The notes: generated from the letters alone by a model not told the origin. DNA of 64,000 nt from Dehalococcoidia bacterium (GCA_041494685.1 JBGQBE010000012.1:1-64000); one strand, 5' to 3'. Shown: positions 50,435 through 61,728, counted from the stretch's first letter. Numbers and translations are program-made.

Positions 50435-50867
50435 CGGCTGCCTCCTGCGCCGTCTTCAGCAGGCGGCAGGCGTGGCAGCGGCCGTACACCTCCAGCCAGT
50501 GGCCCTCGATCTCGTAGTCGGTGCTGCGGGTCAGTTCGCGCACGAGCGCCTTCACGTCGCACGTCGTGAAATCTTCGACGCGGCCGCAGTCCCGGCACAC
50601 CAGGTGGTGGTGGTGGCCGCGCGTGCTGAGGCGATAGTGGAGCGCGCCGTCGTCCAGCAGGATGCGGCACAGCAGGTTCAGGTCCAGCATCAGCTTCATC
50701 GTGCGGAACACAGTCGCGCGGCCGACCTTGCGGGCGCCGCGCAGCACGTCGTCGACGGTGAAGTGCGCCGCCTGCGCCAGCACCGCGTCGATGACGCGGC
50801 GGCGGCTGGCCGTCACGCGGTGCCCGCGCATCTCCATGCGCTCGATGATCAGGTCGACGTCGGACAT
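50427..50867 (-). CDS. Fur-family regulator (Zur-like)
   Basis: ATVFRT, HHHHLVCRDCG, YGRCHAC; first gene of the metal ABC operon. Confidence 0.9.
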   Translation of the reverse strand: MSDVDLIIERMEMRGHRVTASRRRVIDAVLAQAAHFTVDDVLRGARKVGRATVFRTMKLMLDLNLLCRILLDDGALHYRLSTRGHHHHLVCRDCGRVEDFTTCDVKALVRELTRSTDYEIEGHWLEVYGRCHACRLLKTAQEAAVG

Positions 50868-50884
50868 CGTGCGGCTCCCGTCAG

Positions 50885-50921
50885 TGATATCTGGTCTCAC
50901 TCTAGTTGAGACGAAGTATCA
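50885..50921. promoter_or_regulatory. two Fur/Zur-type boxes
   Basis: TGATA-TCTGG-TCTCA (50885-50899) and TGAGA-CGAAG-TATCA (50907-50921), 22-bp period, just upstream of the Fur-family gene. Confidence 0.65.
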
Positions 50922-50958
50922 CCGTCAAGCGCCTGGTCGAACGCCCGGGGCGAGAGGA

Positions 50959-51717
50959 TTAGATGTTCGGGCTGCGCAGCACCATCGCGCCGGTGTGCTT
51001 CGCGCTGCCGCCTGCCGGCTCTACCGTCACGCAGAACCAGAGCGGCGGCGCCGAGTCCGCCTTGCCGGCGTCGTCCGGCTTCACCACGAGGCGACCGTGC
51101 CCCGAAGCGTCTACCGTGAAGGTGCCGCCGCTTACCCAGCGGTCCTTGTAGACGATCCACATCTGGTACGACTGCCCCTCGGCCAGCGGCGGCAGGCCGC
51201 TGGCGACGAGCGCGCCGACCTCCCGTGCGGGGCTCCAGAGGTAGCCGCCCGACGCCGAGGGCGCCGGCCCGGCGCCATTCATCGTCACGCGCGCGACGTC
51301 AGGCTGCAGCGCGATGTCCACCAGCTCGTCCTGCGCGGCGGCGCTCGCCTGCACGCGGTCGTTGGCGCGTTCGAGGTCGTTGACTCGCTTCTGCAGGTAG
51401 CCGCTCCACGCCATCGCGCCCGCGCTCAGCATGATCAAGGCGGCGGCAGCCGCGCCCCACCAGCGCGGCGCGCTCGGCGGCCCCCCGCTCAGCACGGCAG
51501 CCGATGCCAGCACGCGCGCGCGCAGCGCGCCGCCCCCGGCGACGAGCGGCGCGGAGAGCGCCAGCGACGCGGCCGCGTCGAGCGCCCGGTCCAGCAGGGC
51601 GGAGCAGTCGTCGCACGCGCGCAGGTGCGCCTCCAGCGCGAGCGCCTCCTCCGCGTCCAGCGCGCCGATCGCGTATGCGTCGATGTCGTCGCGTGCGGCC
51701 TGGCAGTCCATCTGCAT
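50959..51717 (-). CDS. anti-sigma factor (zf-HC2 + RskA-like)
   Basis: YAIGALD...EAHLRACDDC, TM segment, YQMW, VTVEPAGGS. Confidence 0.88.
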   Translation of the reverse strand: MQMDCQAARDDIDAYAIGALDAEEALALEAHLRACDDCSALLDRALDAAASLALSAPLVAGGGALRARVLASAAVLSGGPPSAPRWWGAAAAALIMLSAGAMAWSGYLQKRVNDLERANDRVQASAAAQDELVDIALQPDVARVTMNGAGPAPSASGGYLWSPAREVGALVASGLPPLAEGQSYQMWIVYKDRWVSGGTFTVDASGHGRLVVKPDDAGKADSAPPLWFCVTVEPAGGSAKHTGAMVLRSPNI

Positions 51718-52310
51718 CAGTTCCCGGTACCCTCCGCGTGACGCTCTTCCAGCGCCGCGCGCATCTTCTGCATGCCCAGCCGGATCCGCGTCTTCACGGT
51801 GCCCAGCGGCTGCCCCAGCTTGTTCGCGATCTCCTGCTGCGTCAGCCCTCCGAAATACGCGAGCTGGATCGCCAGGCGCTGCTCCGGCGGCAGCACGTCC
51901 ATCGCCCGCCGCACAGCCCGCCGCTCGTCCGAGAGGACGGTCGCCACGGCGGGGTCGTCCCGCTCGTCGCGGCTCGCGATCGCGTCCTCTTCCTCCGCCG
52001 TCGACGGCAGCGCCTCGTGCCGCAGCCGCCGCCCCTGGCTCCTCCGCTCATCGATCGAGCGGTTGCGCGCCACGCTTAACAACCACGTCACGAACTTGCC
52101 GCGCGTCAGGTCGAACAGCTCCGGCCGGCGCCAGACGCGCAGGAACACGTCCTGCGTCACGTCCTGCGCCACGTGCGTATCGCCCACGACGCGGAGCGAG
52201 ACGGAGTACACGAGATCTCCGTAGCGGTCGTAGAGCGCCTGGAACGCCTCCAGGTCGCGCCTCGACAGCCGCTCCATCAACTCTTCGTCGCGCAGGCCCG
52301 TGTAGTCCAC
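51717..52310 (-). CDS. ECF RNA polymerase sigma factor (SigK-like)
   Basis: AQDVTQDVFLRVW, ARNRSID, LAYFGGLTQQEIA..PLGTVKTRIRLG. Confidence 0.92.
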   Translation of the reverse strand: MDYTGLRDEELMERLSRRDLEAFQALYDRYGDLVYSVSLRVVGDTHVAQDVTQDVFLRVWRRPELFDLTRGKFVTWLLSVARNRSIDERRSQGRRLRHEALPSTAEEEDAIASRDERDDPAVATVLSDERRAVRRAMDVLPPEQRLAIQLAYFGGLTQQEIANKLGQPLGTVKTRIRLGMQKMRAALEERHAEGTGN

Positions 52311-52326
52311 GCGCTCCCATCTCCTC

Positions 52327-52352
52327 TACGTCCGGCACGCCCGCGAGGATTC
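52327..52352 (-). promoter_or_regulatory. candidate autoregulatory ECF promoter
   Basis: GAATCC-N16-CGTA directly upstream of the sigma gene; resembles SigK-type promoters. Confidence 0.45.
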
Positions 52353-52424
52353 GCGGGGGGGTACGCCGATCCTAGCAGGTTGTAAGGGAAACGAGTCCAG
52401 CGCCGTGTGAGAGGCCCGGCGAAT

Positions 52425-52898
52425 CTAGCCGCCGGGCTGGGCGCCCGGCACGACCTGCTCGACCGTGACCTGCGTCGCCAGCAGCGTGTCCTGGCGGTCG
52501 TTCAGCTTGCCCTGGGCGATGATCCGGTCGGACGGGCGGATCTGCGCCAGCGTCAGCGAGCCGCCGGATGCCATCCGTATCGATGTGCTGCTGTCCACGT
52601 TGATCTTGCGCACGTTGACGCCGGAGAGGTGCTGGATGTTCAGCTGGTTCTGCGCGGTGTTCACGATCCCGACGATGCCGGTCACCTCGACCGTCGCGCC
52701 GGCCTGCGTCGCCGTCGCGGCCGCCGCGGGCGATGCTGCCGCGGCGGGGGTGGTCCCGGCCGCGCTGGTCCGCGCGCCCGCCGTCGCCGCCGGCGAACCC
52801 TGCGCCGCCGGGGTGGGTGTGTTCGAGGTAGAGGAACTGCCGCCGCATGCCGCCGCGAGCAGCGCCACGGCGGCGCACGCGAGGAGAAGTCTCGTCAT
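52425..52898 (-). CDS. lipoprotein with DUF5666-like domain
   Basis: Lipobox AAAC, Ala/Thr linker, VDSSTSI...RIIAQG...LLATQV. Confidence 0.7.
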   Translation of the reverse strand: MTRLLLACAAVALLAAACGGSSSTSNTPTPAAQGSPAATAGARTSAAGTTPAAAASPAAAATATQAGATVEVTGIVGIVNTAQNQLNIQHLSGVNVRKINVDSSTSIRMASGGSLTLAQIRPSDRIIAQGKLNDRQDTLLATQVTVEQVVPGAQPGG

Positions 52899-52941
52899 GG
52901 CGGGCAGGGTAGCGTACCGGCGTCCCTCCCGCGAACGCGGA

Positions 52942-53847
52942 TTAGGACGCGCCAACGGCCTCCGGCGGCACGAGCAGCACCGGCGCCTCGCCCTGGAGCA
53001 TGCGGTCCGCGGTGCTGCCAAGGGCCGCGCGCGCGATGCCCGTGCGCGCGCGCGTCGTCATCACCACCAGGTCGATCGACTGCGTCTGCTCCAGGTCGAT
53101 CAGGCCGTCGGCGGCGCTGCCGCGCACGACGAATGCGTCACAAGGCACCGGGGCCAGCGCCGCCTCCTGCTTGCGCAGGTACTCCTTCGCGCCCTTCTCC
53201 AGCTCCGCGTCGATCTCGGGCAGGTATGCGTCAGGCAGGCCGAATGGATACGTCTGCATCGCCCAGTTCACCGCGCGCGCCAGCGTGACGCGCGCGCCCA
53301 GCGCCGCCGCGATCTCTTTCGCGACCGCCACCGCCGACTCTGAGAGTGGTGAGCCGTCGATCGGCACCATCAGGTGCTTGATCTCGATGCCGGCCGCCGA
53401 GCGCTCGAGCGCGTGCGGTCCGACCGCCATGATCGGGATGTGCGAATCGTGCACCAGCCGCGCCGCCGTGCTGCCGTACACCCAGCGTCCGATCCCGGAG
53501 CGGCCGTGCGTCGCCATCACCAGCAGCCGCGCCTTCGCGTCGTCCGCCGCCTTCAGGATCTCGTGCGCGGCGTCGCCCGACGCGACCTTCGTCTGCACGC
53601 TCACGCCCGCACCGATGCGCTTGCTGATGCCGTCCAGGTAGTCGCCGTAGTACGCCGTCGCCTTCTGCTGGATCTCCGTCGCGATCGCGGGGAAGGTCAC
53701 GGGCAGGTCGCCGTCGCCGCCCTCCCAGGTGCAGACGAGGAGCACCCCGGCGCCCAGTGCCTTCGCCAGCGCGACGGCGTACGGCAGCGCGCCCTCGGCG
53801 AGCTCCGAACCATCGAGCGGTACGAGAATCGGACCCTTGTCGCGCAT
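52942..53847 (-). CDS. tandem-domain universal stress protein
   Basis: ILVPLDGSELAE, MATHGRSG, second MVPIDGS, LGSTAD; AAGGAGG RBS. Confidence 0.92.
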   Translation of the reverse strand: MRDKGPILVPLDGSELAEGALPYAVALAKALGAGVLLVCTWEGGDGDLPVTFPAIATEIQQKATAYYGDYLDGISKRIGAGVSVQTKVASGDAAHEILKAADDAKARLLVMATHGRSGIGRWVYGSTAARLVHDSHIPIMAVGPHALERSAAGIEIKHLMVPIDGSPLSESAVAVAKEIAAALGARVTLARAVNWAMQTYPFGLPDAYLPEIDAELEKGAKEYLRKQEAALAPVPCDAFVVRGSAADGLIDLEQTQSIDLVVMTTRARTGIARAALGSTADRMLQGEAPVLLVPPEAVGAS

Positions 53848-53947
53848 GTCGCCGCCTCCTTCTGCCTGCGAGAAGTCTACCGTGACGCGCGGCGCGACAC
53901 GGTACCGGACGGCCGGTGCGATACCGGCCATCCGGCCCGTGTTAGCC

Positions 53948-54559
53948 CTACAGGTTCGCGCGCAGCTTCTCGACGATCGACCAGCCGGCCGGCACGGCCA
54001 GCGACGCCATCACCAGCTTTGCCAGGTCGCCCGCGATGAACGGCCACAGCCCATAGTCCAGCGCCAGGCTCCACGAGATCGACCTGTGGACGATCGAGAA
54101 CTGCTGGTGCAGCCAGATCAGCCCCGGCACGTAGATCGCCGCGTTCGCGAGCAGCATCGGCAGCACGATCCATCGGCCGCGGTCCCAGCCGCGCTCCGCG
54201 AACCAGCCCACGATGAACGCCGCGATGATGAACCCGAACAGGTAGCCGCCCGACGGCGTCGAGATGGCGGCGATGCCGCCGTGCCCGCCCGCGAACACCG
54301 GCATGCCCGCGGCGCCCTCGGCCAGGTACGCGGTCAGCGTCGCCGCGGCCAGGCGGCTGCCGTAGAGCGCGCCAAGCAGCAGCACGGCGAACGTCTGCCC
54401 CGTGACGGGCACGGTGCTCCACGAGAACTGGTGGCTGAACCGCGCCGACGCGGCCATCAGCGCGCTGCCCGCCGCGACCAGCGCGATGTTGCTCAGCCAC
54501 GACTCCGGGACGATCCGCGAGGAAAGGGTGTTCGTGCGCAGAGAGCCTGCGAACTGCAT
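53948..54559 (-). CDS. bioY: biotin transporter BioY
   Basis: VPVTGQTFAV, GMPVFAGG, PSGGYL.GF, PFIAGD..K; AAGGAGG RBS. Confidence 0.92.
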   Translation of the reverse strand: MQFAGSLRTNTLSSRIVPESWLSNIALVAAGSALMAASARFSHQFSWSTVPVTGQTFAVLLLGALYGSRLAAATLTAYLAEGAAGMPVFAGGHGGIAAISTPSGGYLFGFIIAAFIVGWFAERGWDRGRWIVLPMLLANAAIYVPGLIWLHQQFSIVHRSISWSLALDYGLWPFIAGDLAKLVMASLAVPAGWSIVEKLRANL

Positions 54560-54694
54560 GGAGCCTCCTTCTACGTGGGCACTCGGCCTTCGACCGCCCC
54601 GCGCAATCATTCAGGCACGACGGCGATAGGGCAATGGTGCGTCCGTACTATTGCGCACAGGCAACGTTCGCGCGAGGGGTTTCGGGTGCGTGGA

Positions 54695-54788
54695 GGAAAA
54701 GGAGAGAAGCCAGCGCCCTGCTGGTGGCGGGGAGGCGCTGGCTTCTCAGGTTGGAGGGGATAGGTTGGCGGCTCTCCCCACCAACACA
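54695..54788 (-). ncRNA. candidate two-hairpin small RNA or leader with terminator
   Basis: 8-bp hairpin, C-rich linker CCCCTCC, then 14-bp perfect stem (54704-54747) followed by TCCTTTT on the minus strand. Confidence 0.45.
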
Positions 54789-54922
54789 ATCGGACGCCCC
54801 GCCCGGATCCGAACACCCCTCGCGCGCGAATTTCGGAAGCCGGAACGGCCTCCCGCTTCCCGCGAACCTGTACGCTACAATGGCCTCGATTTGGAGAGTG
54901 TGGTTGTTGGCGTGGATCCCGT

Positions 54923-55876
54923 ATGAACTGGCTGCCCGGGCCTGAGACGAGGGCGGCCGTCCTCAAGCACCCCTTTGTGCTCGCCGGATGCGCGGTCGTC
55001 GCCCTGCTGGGGCTGGTGGCCGCCGCCCTCGTCGTCGTCGATAGCGTCCGCGGCGGCAGCAGCATCGGCGTGCCGACCGTCGTGGTCGAATCCTCGACGC
55101 TGACGCCCGGCCCCACGTCCCGGACCGCCATCGCGGGCGGCGTCACGGGCACCGCGATAGAGGTGACCACGGTGCGCGAGTCACCCGGCGCCCGCACGCG
55201 TCCGCTCGGCACCCTCAACAAGGGCGACGACGTCGCCATCGACGGCAAGACGACCGACGCGAAGTGGTACCGCGTCATCTTCCCGCCCAACTCCGAGTTG
55301 CACGGCTGGATCGACGCCACGCAGCTCTCCGTCACCGGCGATCCCGCCAGGCTCGTCGTCGCGACGGCGGAGCCGCCCGTCGCGGTCGACATCCCGACGC
55401 CGACGTCCTCGCAGCTGACCGCCGCTGCGGGCCAGACCTCGCCGACGCCCGAGAGTACGCTGACGGTCACTGTGACGCCCCCCGGCGGCCTGCTGCCCGA
55501 CCTCGTGATCGGTACCACGCCCACCGTGTCGGACGGCAAGCTGTTCGTCACCGTGGTGAACCAGGGGAAGGGCGACGCGGTCGGCGACCTGGTCGTCGCC
55601 GTCTTCAGCGCCGACGGGACGAAGCTGCTCGGCGGCGCGACGCTGCCCAAGTTCACGCTCAAACCCGGCCGCAGCATCGACATCGGCACCGGCTACGAGG
55701 TGACCGGGAGCGAGACGCTGCTCCTCATCGTCGATCCGAACGGCGACATCCCCGAGACCGACGACACGAACAACCGCGTCAGCATCGCGATCTCCGTCGG
55801 CGGCCCCGACGCCACGACGTCGGCCGTGCCGTCCGAGACCCCCGCGGCGGAGCCCAGCCAGACGCCGGTACCCTGA
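54923..55876 (+). CDS. membrane-anchored SH3b + CARDB-like domain protein
   Basis: VRESPG...WYRV...GWI (SH3b); PDLVI...VVNQG...VDPNGDIPETDDTNN (CARDB). Confidence 0.8.
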   Translation: MNWLPGPETRAAVLKHPFVLAGCAVVALLGLVAAALVVVDSVRGGSSIGVPTVVVESSTLTPGPTSRTAIAGGVTGTAIEVTTVRESPGARTRPLGTLNKGDDVAIDGKTTDAKWYRVIFPPNSELHGWIDATQLSVTGDPARLVVATAEPPVAVDIPTPTSSQLTAAAGQTSPTPESTLTVTVTPPGGLLPDLVIGTTPTVSDGKLFVTVVNQGKGDAVGDLVVAVFSADGTKLLGGATLPKFTLKPGRSIDIGTGYEVTGSETLLLIVDPNGDIPETDDTNNRVSIAISVGGPDATTSAVPSETPAAEPSQTPVP

Positions 55877-55963
55877 ACGGCCTTGCGCCGCGTTCTCGTG
55901 CGGCGGATACAATGGGCCAACCCAATCACGATATGCCGCACAGCCCACGGCGAGGATCGCCTC

Positions 55964-56470
55964 ATGGTCACTGTCTCCCAGCTGGGATCCGATCTGCAGG
56001 CGAGCCGGGCGCACCTCTTCGACCTGATCCGCGGGCTCAGTGAAGAGCAGTTTCGCCATGTGCCCGCGGGCGAGACGTGGTGCGTCGCCACGCACCTGGT
56101 GCACCTGCTGCGCATCGAGCGCATGTTCGCCGGGCGGGCGAGGCGTGCGCTCATCGAGGACGAGCCGCACATCCCGAGCACGCGCACCGGAAACGACGAC
56201 GACCCGGGCCTCGCGCAGCGCCTCGCCGTACCGCAGATCATCCACGGCATGCAGGCCGCCCGCCGCGACCTCGAGGAAGTGCTCGCGCGCTGCGACGAGG
56301 CCGCGCTCGGCCGCGCCCTGCAGCACGAGCGCCTGGGCCGCATGACGATCGCCGACCTGGCCGCGAAGATGGCCTGGCACGAGCGGGAACACGCCCCGCA
56401 GGCGGCCGCGATCATCCGTCAACTACCGGCCACGGGCCGGGTAATCATCCCGCTCGCGAGGCGTTCTTAG
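55964..56470 (+). CDS. DinB-family protein
   Basis: W.VATHLVHL ... WHEREH metal-binding histidines; GAGG RBS. Confidence 0.8.
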   Translation: MVTVSQLGSDLQASRAHLFDLIRGLSEEQFRHVPAGETWCVATHLVHLLRIERMFAGRARRALIEDEPHIPSTRTGNDDDPGLAQRLAVPQIIHGMQAARRDLEEVLARCDEAALGRALQHERLGRMTIADLAAKMAWHEREHAPQAAAIIRQLPATGRVIIPLARRS

Positions 56471-56472
56471 CT

Positions 56473-58428
56473 ATGGCTGTGAGCACGAACGTCGTCGAAG
56501 AGATCAAGCAGCGCATCGACATCGTCGACCTCGTCTCTCAGTACGTGACGCTGAAGCGCGCCGGGCGCGATTACACGGCGAACTGCCCGTTCCACCAGGA
56601 ACGCACTCCGTCGTTCCACGTGAGCCCGCAGCGCCAGACCTGGCACTGCTTCGGCGCCTGCGGGACGGGAGGCGACATCTTCCAGTTCATCATGAAGAAG
56701 GATGATTGCGACTTCCGCGATGCGCTGCGCCTTCTGGCCGAACGCGCCGGCGTCACGCTGGACCAGCGCCGCGACCCGCAGGAAGACGCGCGCCGTTCCC
56801 GCATGTTCGAGATCAACGAAGCGGCCGCGGCCTACTTCCACGCGCAGCTGCTCGACACCGAGGGCCCGTACGCGGGGAAGGCGCAGGTCGCGCGCGACTA
56901 CATCGCCGAGCGCCGGCTCGCGACGAAGTCGGTCGACGTCTTCCAGCTGGGCTACGCGCCCAACAGCTGGGAGGCGCTGACGCAGCACCTGGAGAAGCGC
57001 GGCTTCTCCGCGCAGGACGCCGAGACCGCGGGCCTCGCCGTGCAGGGCGAACGCGGCCCCTACGATCGCTTCCGCCACCGCCTGATGTTCCCGATCCGCG
57101 ACGAGCGCGGCCGCGTCGCCGGCTTCGGCGGCCGCCTGCTGCCGGGCGAGGCGCTGGGCTCCGGCGACAACCAGCCGAAGTACGTGAACACCTCGCAGAG
57201 CCCGATCTTCGACAAGGGCTCGATCCTCTACGCCCTCGACCTCGCGAAGGACGCAATCCGCGGCGAGGGGCGCGCCGTCATCGTCGAGGGCTACATGGAC
57301 GCCATCGCCGCGCACGAGCACGGCTACGCGAACGTCGTCGCCTCCATGGGCACGGCGCTCACCGAGCGCCAGGTGACGCTGCTCAAGCGCTACACGCGCA
57401 ACCTGGTGCTCGCGCTCGACGCCGACGCCGCCGGTACCGAGGGCATGGAGCGGGGCAACGCCGTGATCGAACAGGTGTGGGACTACGAGTCCGTGCCGGT
57501 CACGAACTGGCGCGGCATCGTCCGCATGCAGGAGACGCTGGCCGCCGACATCCGCGTCGTCGCGATGCCCGGCGGCCGCGACCCGGACGACGTGATCCGC
57601 GAGGATCCCGCCGCGTGGCCCGCCATCGTCGCCTCGGCCGAGCCGTTCATCGACTTCCAGTTCGACGCCATCGCTGCCAGGCACGACCTGGCGCAGCCGC
57701 GCGAGCGCGCCGCGCTCTCCGCCGCGCTCCTGCCGCTTGTCGCCGCGATCCCCGACCGCGTCCTGCAGTCGCACTACGTGCAGCGCCTGGCGCGCATGGT
57801 GCAGGTAGACGAGACGACGCTGCGCATGGAGATGCGCCAGCCCGTGCGGGCGCGGCGGCGTGTTGACGGGCCCGCCGACGAAGCTTCGCCGGTACGTCAA
57901 CAACTGCCGCGGGACCGCCGCGAAGAGTTTTGTATGGCTTTGCTTTTCCGCTATCCTGTGGCACGCGCTGAAGGGTTCGCTCTGGAACCCGATCTCTTCA
58001 GCCACAGCGAGAACCGTGCGCTGTTTGAGACTTGGGTCGGTTGGGCGGATGACGGGGAGCCATTCGAGCAGTCGCTCACGTCGGACTTGCGTCCACAGTA
58101 TGAGCGCATCATCGGCATCTCTCTCCCCGCTTACGACGATGACACCGTAGTGAAAGCCCTGCGCTCCGCCGTGTGGGGCATCGAACAGCAACGGTTGCGG
58201 CTCGCCAAGCGCGCGAGCACCGCTGTCCTCGCCGACATGAGCGCGAGCGACGGAGCGCGCATCGCGGAGCGCGCACGCGCGGCCTGGCAGACGGGCGCCG
58301 GAACTGAATACACCGCCGAAGATGAGGCTGCTGATCCCGCCACGGCCTTCGTCGAGGACATGGAAGCCGGACTGAAGGTCCATCAGCGGCTGCTGGACCA
58401 GCGCAACGCCGAGCACCCCGCCCGGTGA
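56473..58428 (+). CDS. dnaG: DNA primase
   Basis: CPFHQERTPSF..HCFGAC, RLMFPI, KYVNT, VEGYMD, DADAAG, DPDD. Confidence 0.96.
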   Translation: MAVSTNVVEEIKQRIDIVDLVSQYVTLKRAGRDYTANCPFHQERTPSFHVSPQRQTWHCFGACGTGGDIFQFIMKKDDCDFRDALRLLAERAGVTLDQRRDPQEDARRSRMFEINEAAAAYFHAQLLDTEGPYAGKAQVARDYIAERRLATKSVDVFQLGYAPNSWEALTQHLEKRGFSAQDAETAGLAVQGERGPYDRFRHRLMFPIRDERGRVAGFGGRLLPGEALGSGDNQPKYVNTSQSPIFDKGSILYALDLAKDAIRGEGRAVIVEGYMDAIAAHEHGYANVVASMGTALTERQVTLLKRYTRNLVLALDADAAGTEGMERGNAVIEQVWDYESVPVTNWRGIVRMQETLAADIRVVAMPGGRDPDDVIREDPAAWPAIVASAEPFIDFQFDAIAARHDLAQPRERAALSAALLPLVAAIPDRVLQSHYVQRLARMVQVDETTLRMEMRQPVRARRRVDGPADEASPVRQQLPRDRREEFCMALLFRYPVARAEGFALEPDLFSHSENRALFETWVGWADDGEPFEQSLTSDLRPQYERIIGISLPAYDDDTVVKALRSAVWGIEQQRLRLAKRASTAVLADMSASDGARIAERARAAWQTGAGTEYTAEDEAADPATAFVEDMEAGLKVHQRLLDQRNAEHPAR

Positions 58429-58436
58429 GGTGGTGA

Positions 58437-59993
<1,557 letters not shown>

Positions 59994-60090
59994 CCACCAA
60001 TCGCCGGGGACCCGGAACGCGCGCCGCACGGCGCGTATCTGTTACGGTGCCCGGTCGATCCACAGATGACACAGGCGGGCACAGATTGGT

Positions 60091-60120
60091 GCAGGGGCGC
60101 AGCCTGCTGCGCCCGCCCCT
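60091..60120 (+). repeat. REP-like unit
   Basis: GCAGGGGCGCAGCCTGCTGCGCCCGCCCCT, same family as 38798-38892. Confidence 0.6.
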
Positions 60121-60207
60121 CGCGACGCCGCTGCGCACCCGTCATCGCCCCGCCGCTTGACGCGCCGCCCCGACACTGCCTAGCCTGATGCCGAGAGGTG
60201 ATGCCTA

Positions 60208-60441
60208 ATGCCCGTGTACGAGTACTACTGCCCGAAGTGCGCGACGAAGTTCGAGGAGCTGCGGCCGATGAGTCGCGCCGACGACGCGGCGCGTTGCCCG
60301 AGCGGCCATGCCGGCGCAAACCGCACGCTCTCCATGTTCGCCGCCGTCACGAAGAACGCCGCTGGCGGCTACGAGCCGATGCCGCCTTCGGGCGGCGGCT
60401 GCGCCTGCGGAGGCGGCGGTTGCGGCTGCGGCGGACATTGA
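60208..60441 (+). CDS. FmdB-family zinc-ribbon protein
   Basis: MPVYEYYCPKC...FE...CP, Gly/Cys-rich tail; GAGGTG RBS. Confidence 0.88.
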   Translation: MPVYEYYCPKCATKFEELRPMSRADDAARCPSGHAGANRTLSMFAAVTKNAAGGYEPMPPSGGGCACGGGGCGCGGH

Positions 60442-60475
60442 ACAGCAGACAGTAAACAGATCTAATCCCTAACCG

Positions 60476-61699
60476 CTAGCCAAAGTCGAACACCGCTTTC
60501 ACCGCGCCGCTCTTCGCGTGGTCGTGGCTCGCCAGGAACGCGCGCCGGTACTCCGATAGCGCGTAGCGGTGCGTGACCAGCGGCGACAGGTCGAGCCCGC
60601 GCCGCACGAGCTCGAAGTAGATCTCCATCGCGTGCATGCGCCGCCCCTCGAAGTCCTCCATCGCAAACGCGTTCGACCCCACCAGCGACAGCTCCTTGAA
60701 GTAGTACGGCGTCCACTCGAACCGCCGCGGCGCCTCCACGCCGCTCACCACGATCTTCGCGCGCGGCGACGCGATCCGCATCGACGTCTCGATCGTCGCG
60801 GGCGACCCCACCGTGTCGTAGATGATGCCCGCGCCGCGCATCAGCCACGGTACGCCGCTCCACGGCCGCAGCACCGTGCCGCCCGCCAGCCGCGCCACCG
60901 CCTCGATGAGTGCCGTCGGCTGCGCCGGCAGCACCTCCGCCGCGCCCAGGTCGCGCGCGAGCTGCCGCTGGTGCGGGTGGCGGGCCACCGCCCACACCGG
61001 CACGTCAGCATGCAGGCGGCGCAGCATCGCCACCGTCATCAGCCCCAGCGTGCCGCAACCGTACACCAGCGCGGGTTCGCCCGGCCGCGGCGGATTCCGC
61101 AGCACGGCGTGGAGCTGCACCGCGAACGGGTCGGCCAGCACCGCCTGCTCATCTGTGACTCCGTCCGGCACGGCGATGCACTGCGACTCGTGCGCGGCGA
61201 ATGCCGGCGCAAAGCCGCCGCCGACGGCGCTGCAGTTGCCCGTGTGGATGCCCGGCGGCAGCCGCCCCTCCGTGAAGTGCTGACAGAGCTGGTAGTCACC
61301 CGCGGCGCATGACGCGCACGCCGGGTCGATGCCGCGCGGCCCGCACGAGAGCCACGGGTTCAACACCACCCGCTGCCCGGGCGCGATGCCGCGCACGGCT
61401 GGCCCCACGCGCTCGACGACGCCCATCGCTTCGTGCCCCAGGATCTGCGGGAACGAGATCACCGCCGTCAGCGGGTTATCGCGGTCGCCCCGCAGGAACG
61501 CCTGCTTCGCGTCGCTGCCGCAGATGCCGGTCAGCCGCGTCCGCACGACGACCCAGTCGTCGCCTGGTAGTTGCGGCTCCGGCGTCTCCTCGATCCGGAA
61601 CGACGACCACGGCCCGAAGTAGCCGCGCGGCGAGGCGGCGCCGGCGATCTTGCTCATCGCCAGCCGTGCCAGGCTGTAGCGGAAGACGAGGGCGTTCAC
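60476..61699 (-). CDS. Zn-dependent MDR dehydrogenase
   Basis: GICGSD, GHE, C..C..C...C, GCGTLG. Confidence 0.9.
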   Translation of the reverse strand: MNALVFRYSLARLAMSKIAGAASPRGYFGPWSSFRIEETPEPQLPGDDWVVVRTRLTGICGSDAKQAFLRGDRDNPLTAVISFPQILGHEAMGVVERVGPAVRGIAPGQRVVLNPWLSCGPRGIDPACASCAAGDYQLCQHFTEGRLPPGIHTGNCSAVGGGFAPAFAAHESQCIAVPDGVTDEQAVLADPFAVQLHAVLRNPPRPGEPALVYGCGTLGLMTVAMLRRLHADVPVWAVARHPHQRQLARDLGAAEVLPAQPTALIEAVARLAGGTVLRPWSGVPWLMRGAGIIYDTVGSPATIETSMRIASPRAKIVVSGVEAPRRFEWTPYYFKELSLVGSNAFAMEDFEGRRMHAMEIYFELVRRGLDLSPLVTHRYALSEYRRAFLASHDHAKSGAVKAVFDFG

Positions 61700-61728
61700 G
61701 GGGCGAGTGTACCGCGAGCGTTATACGC

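Noticed and set aside
60442..60478. Short ACAG/TAA 7-mer-like run after the FmdB-family gene
   Set aside because: Too short and degenerate to call, although it may be a decayed heptamer repeat.
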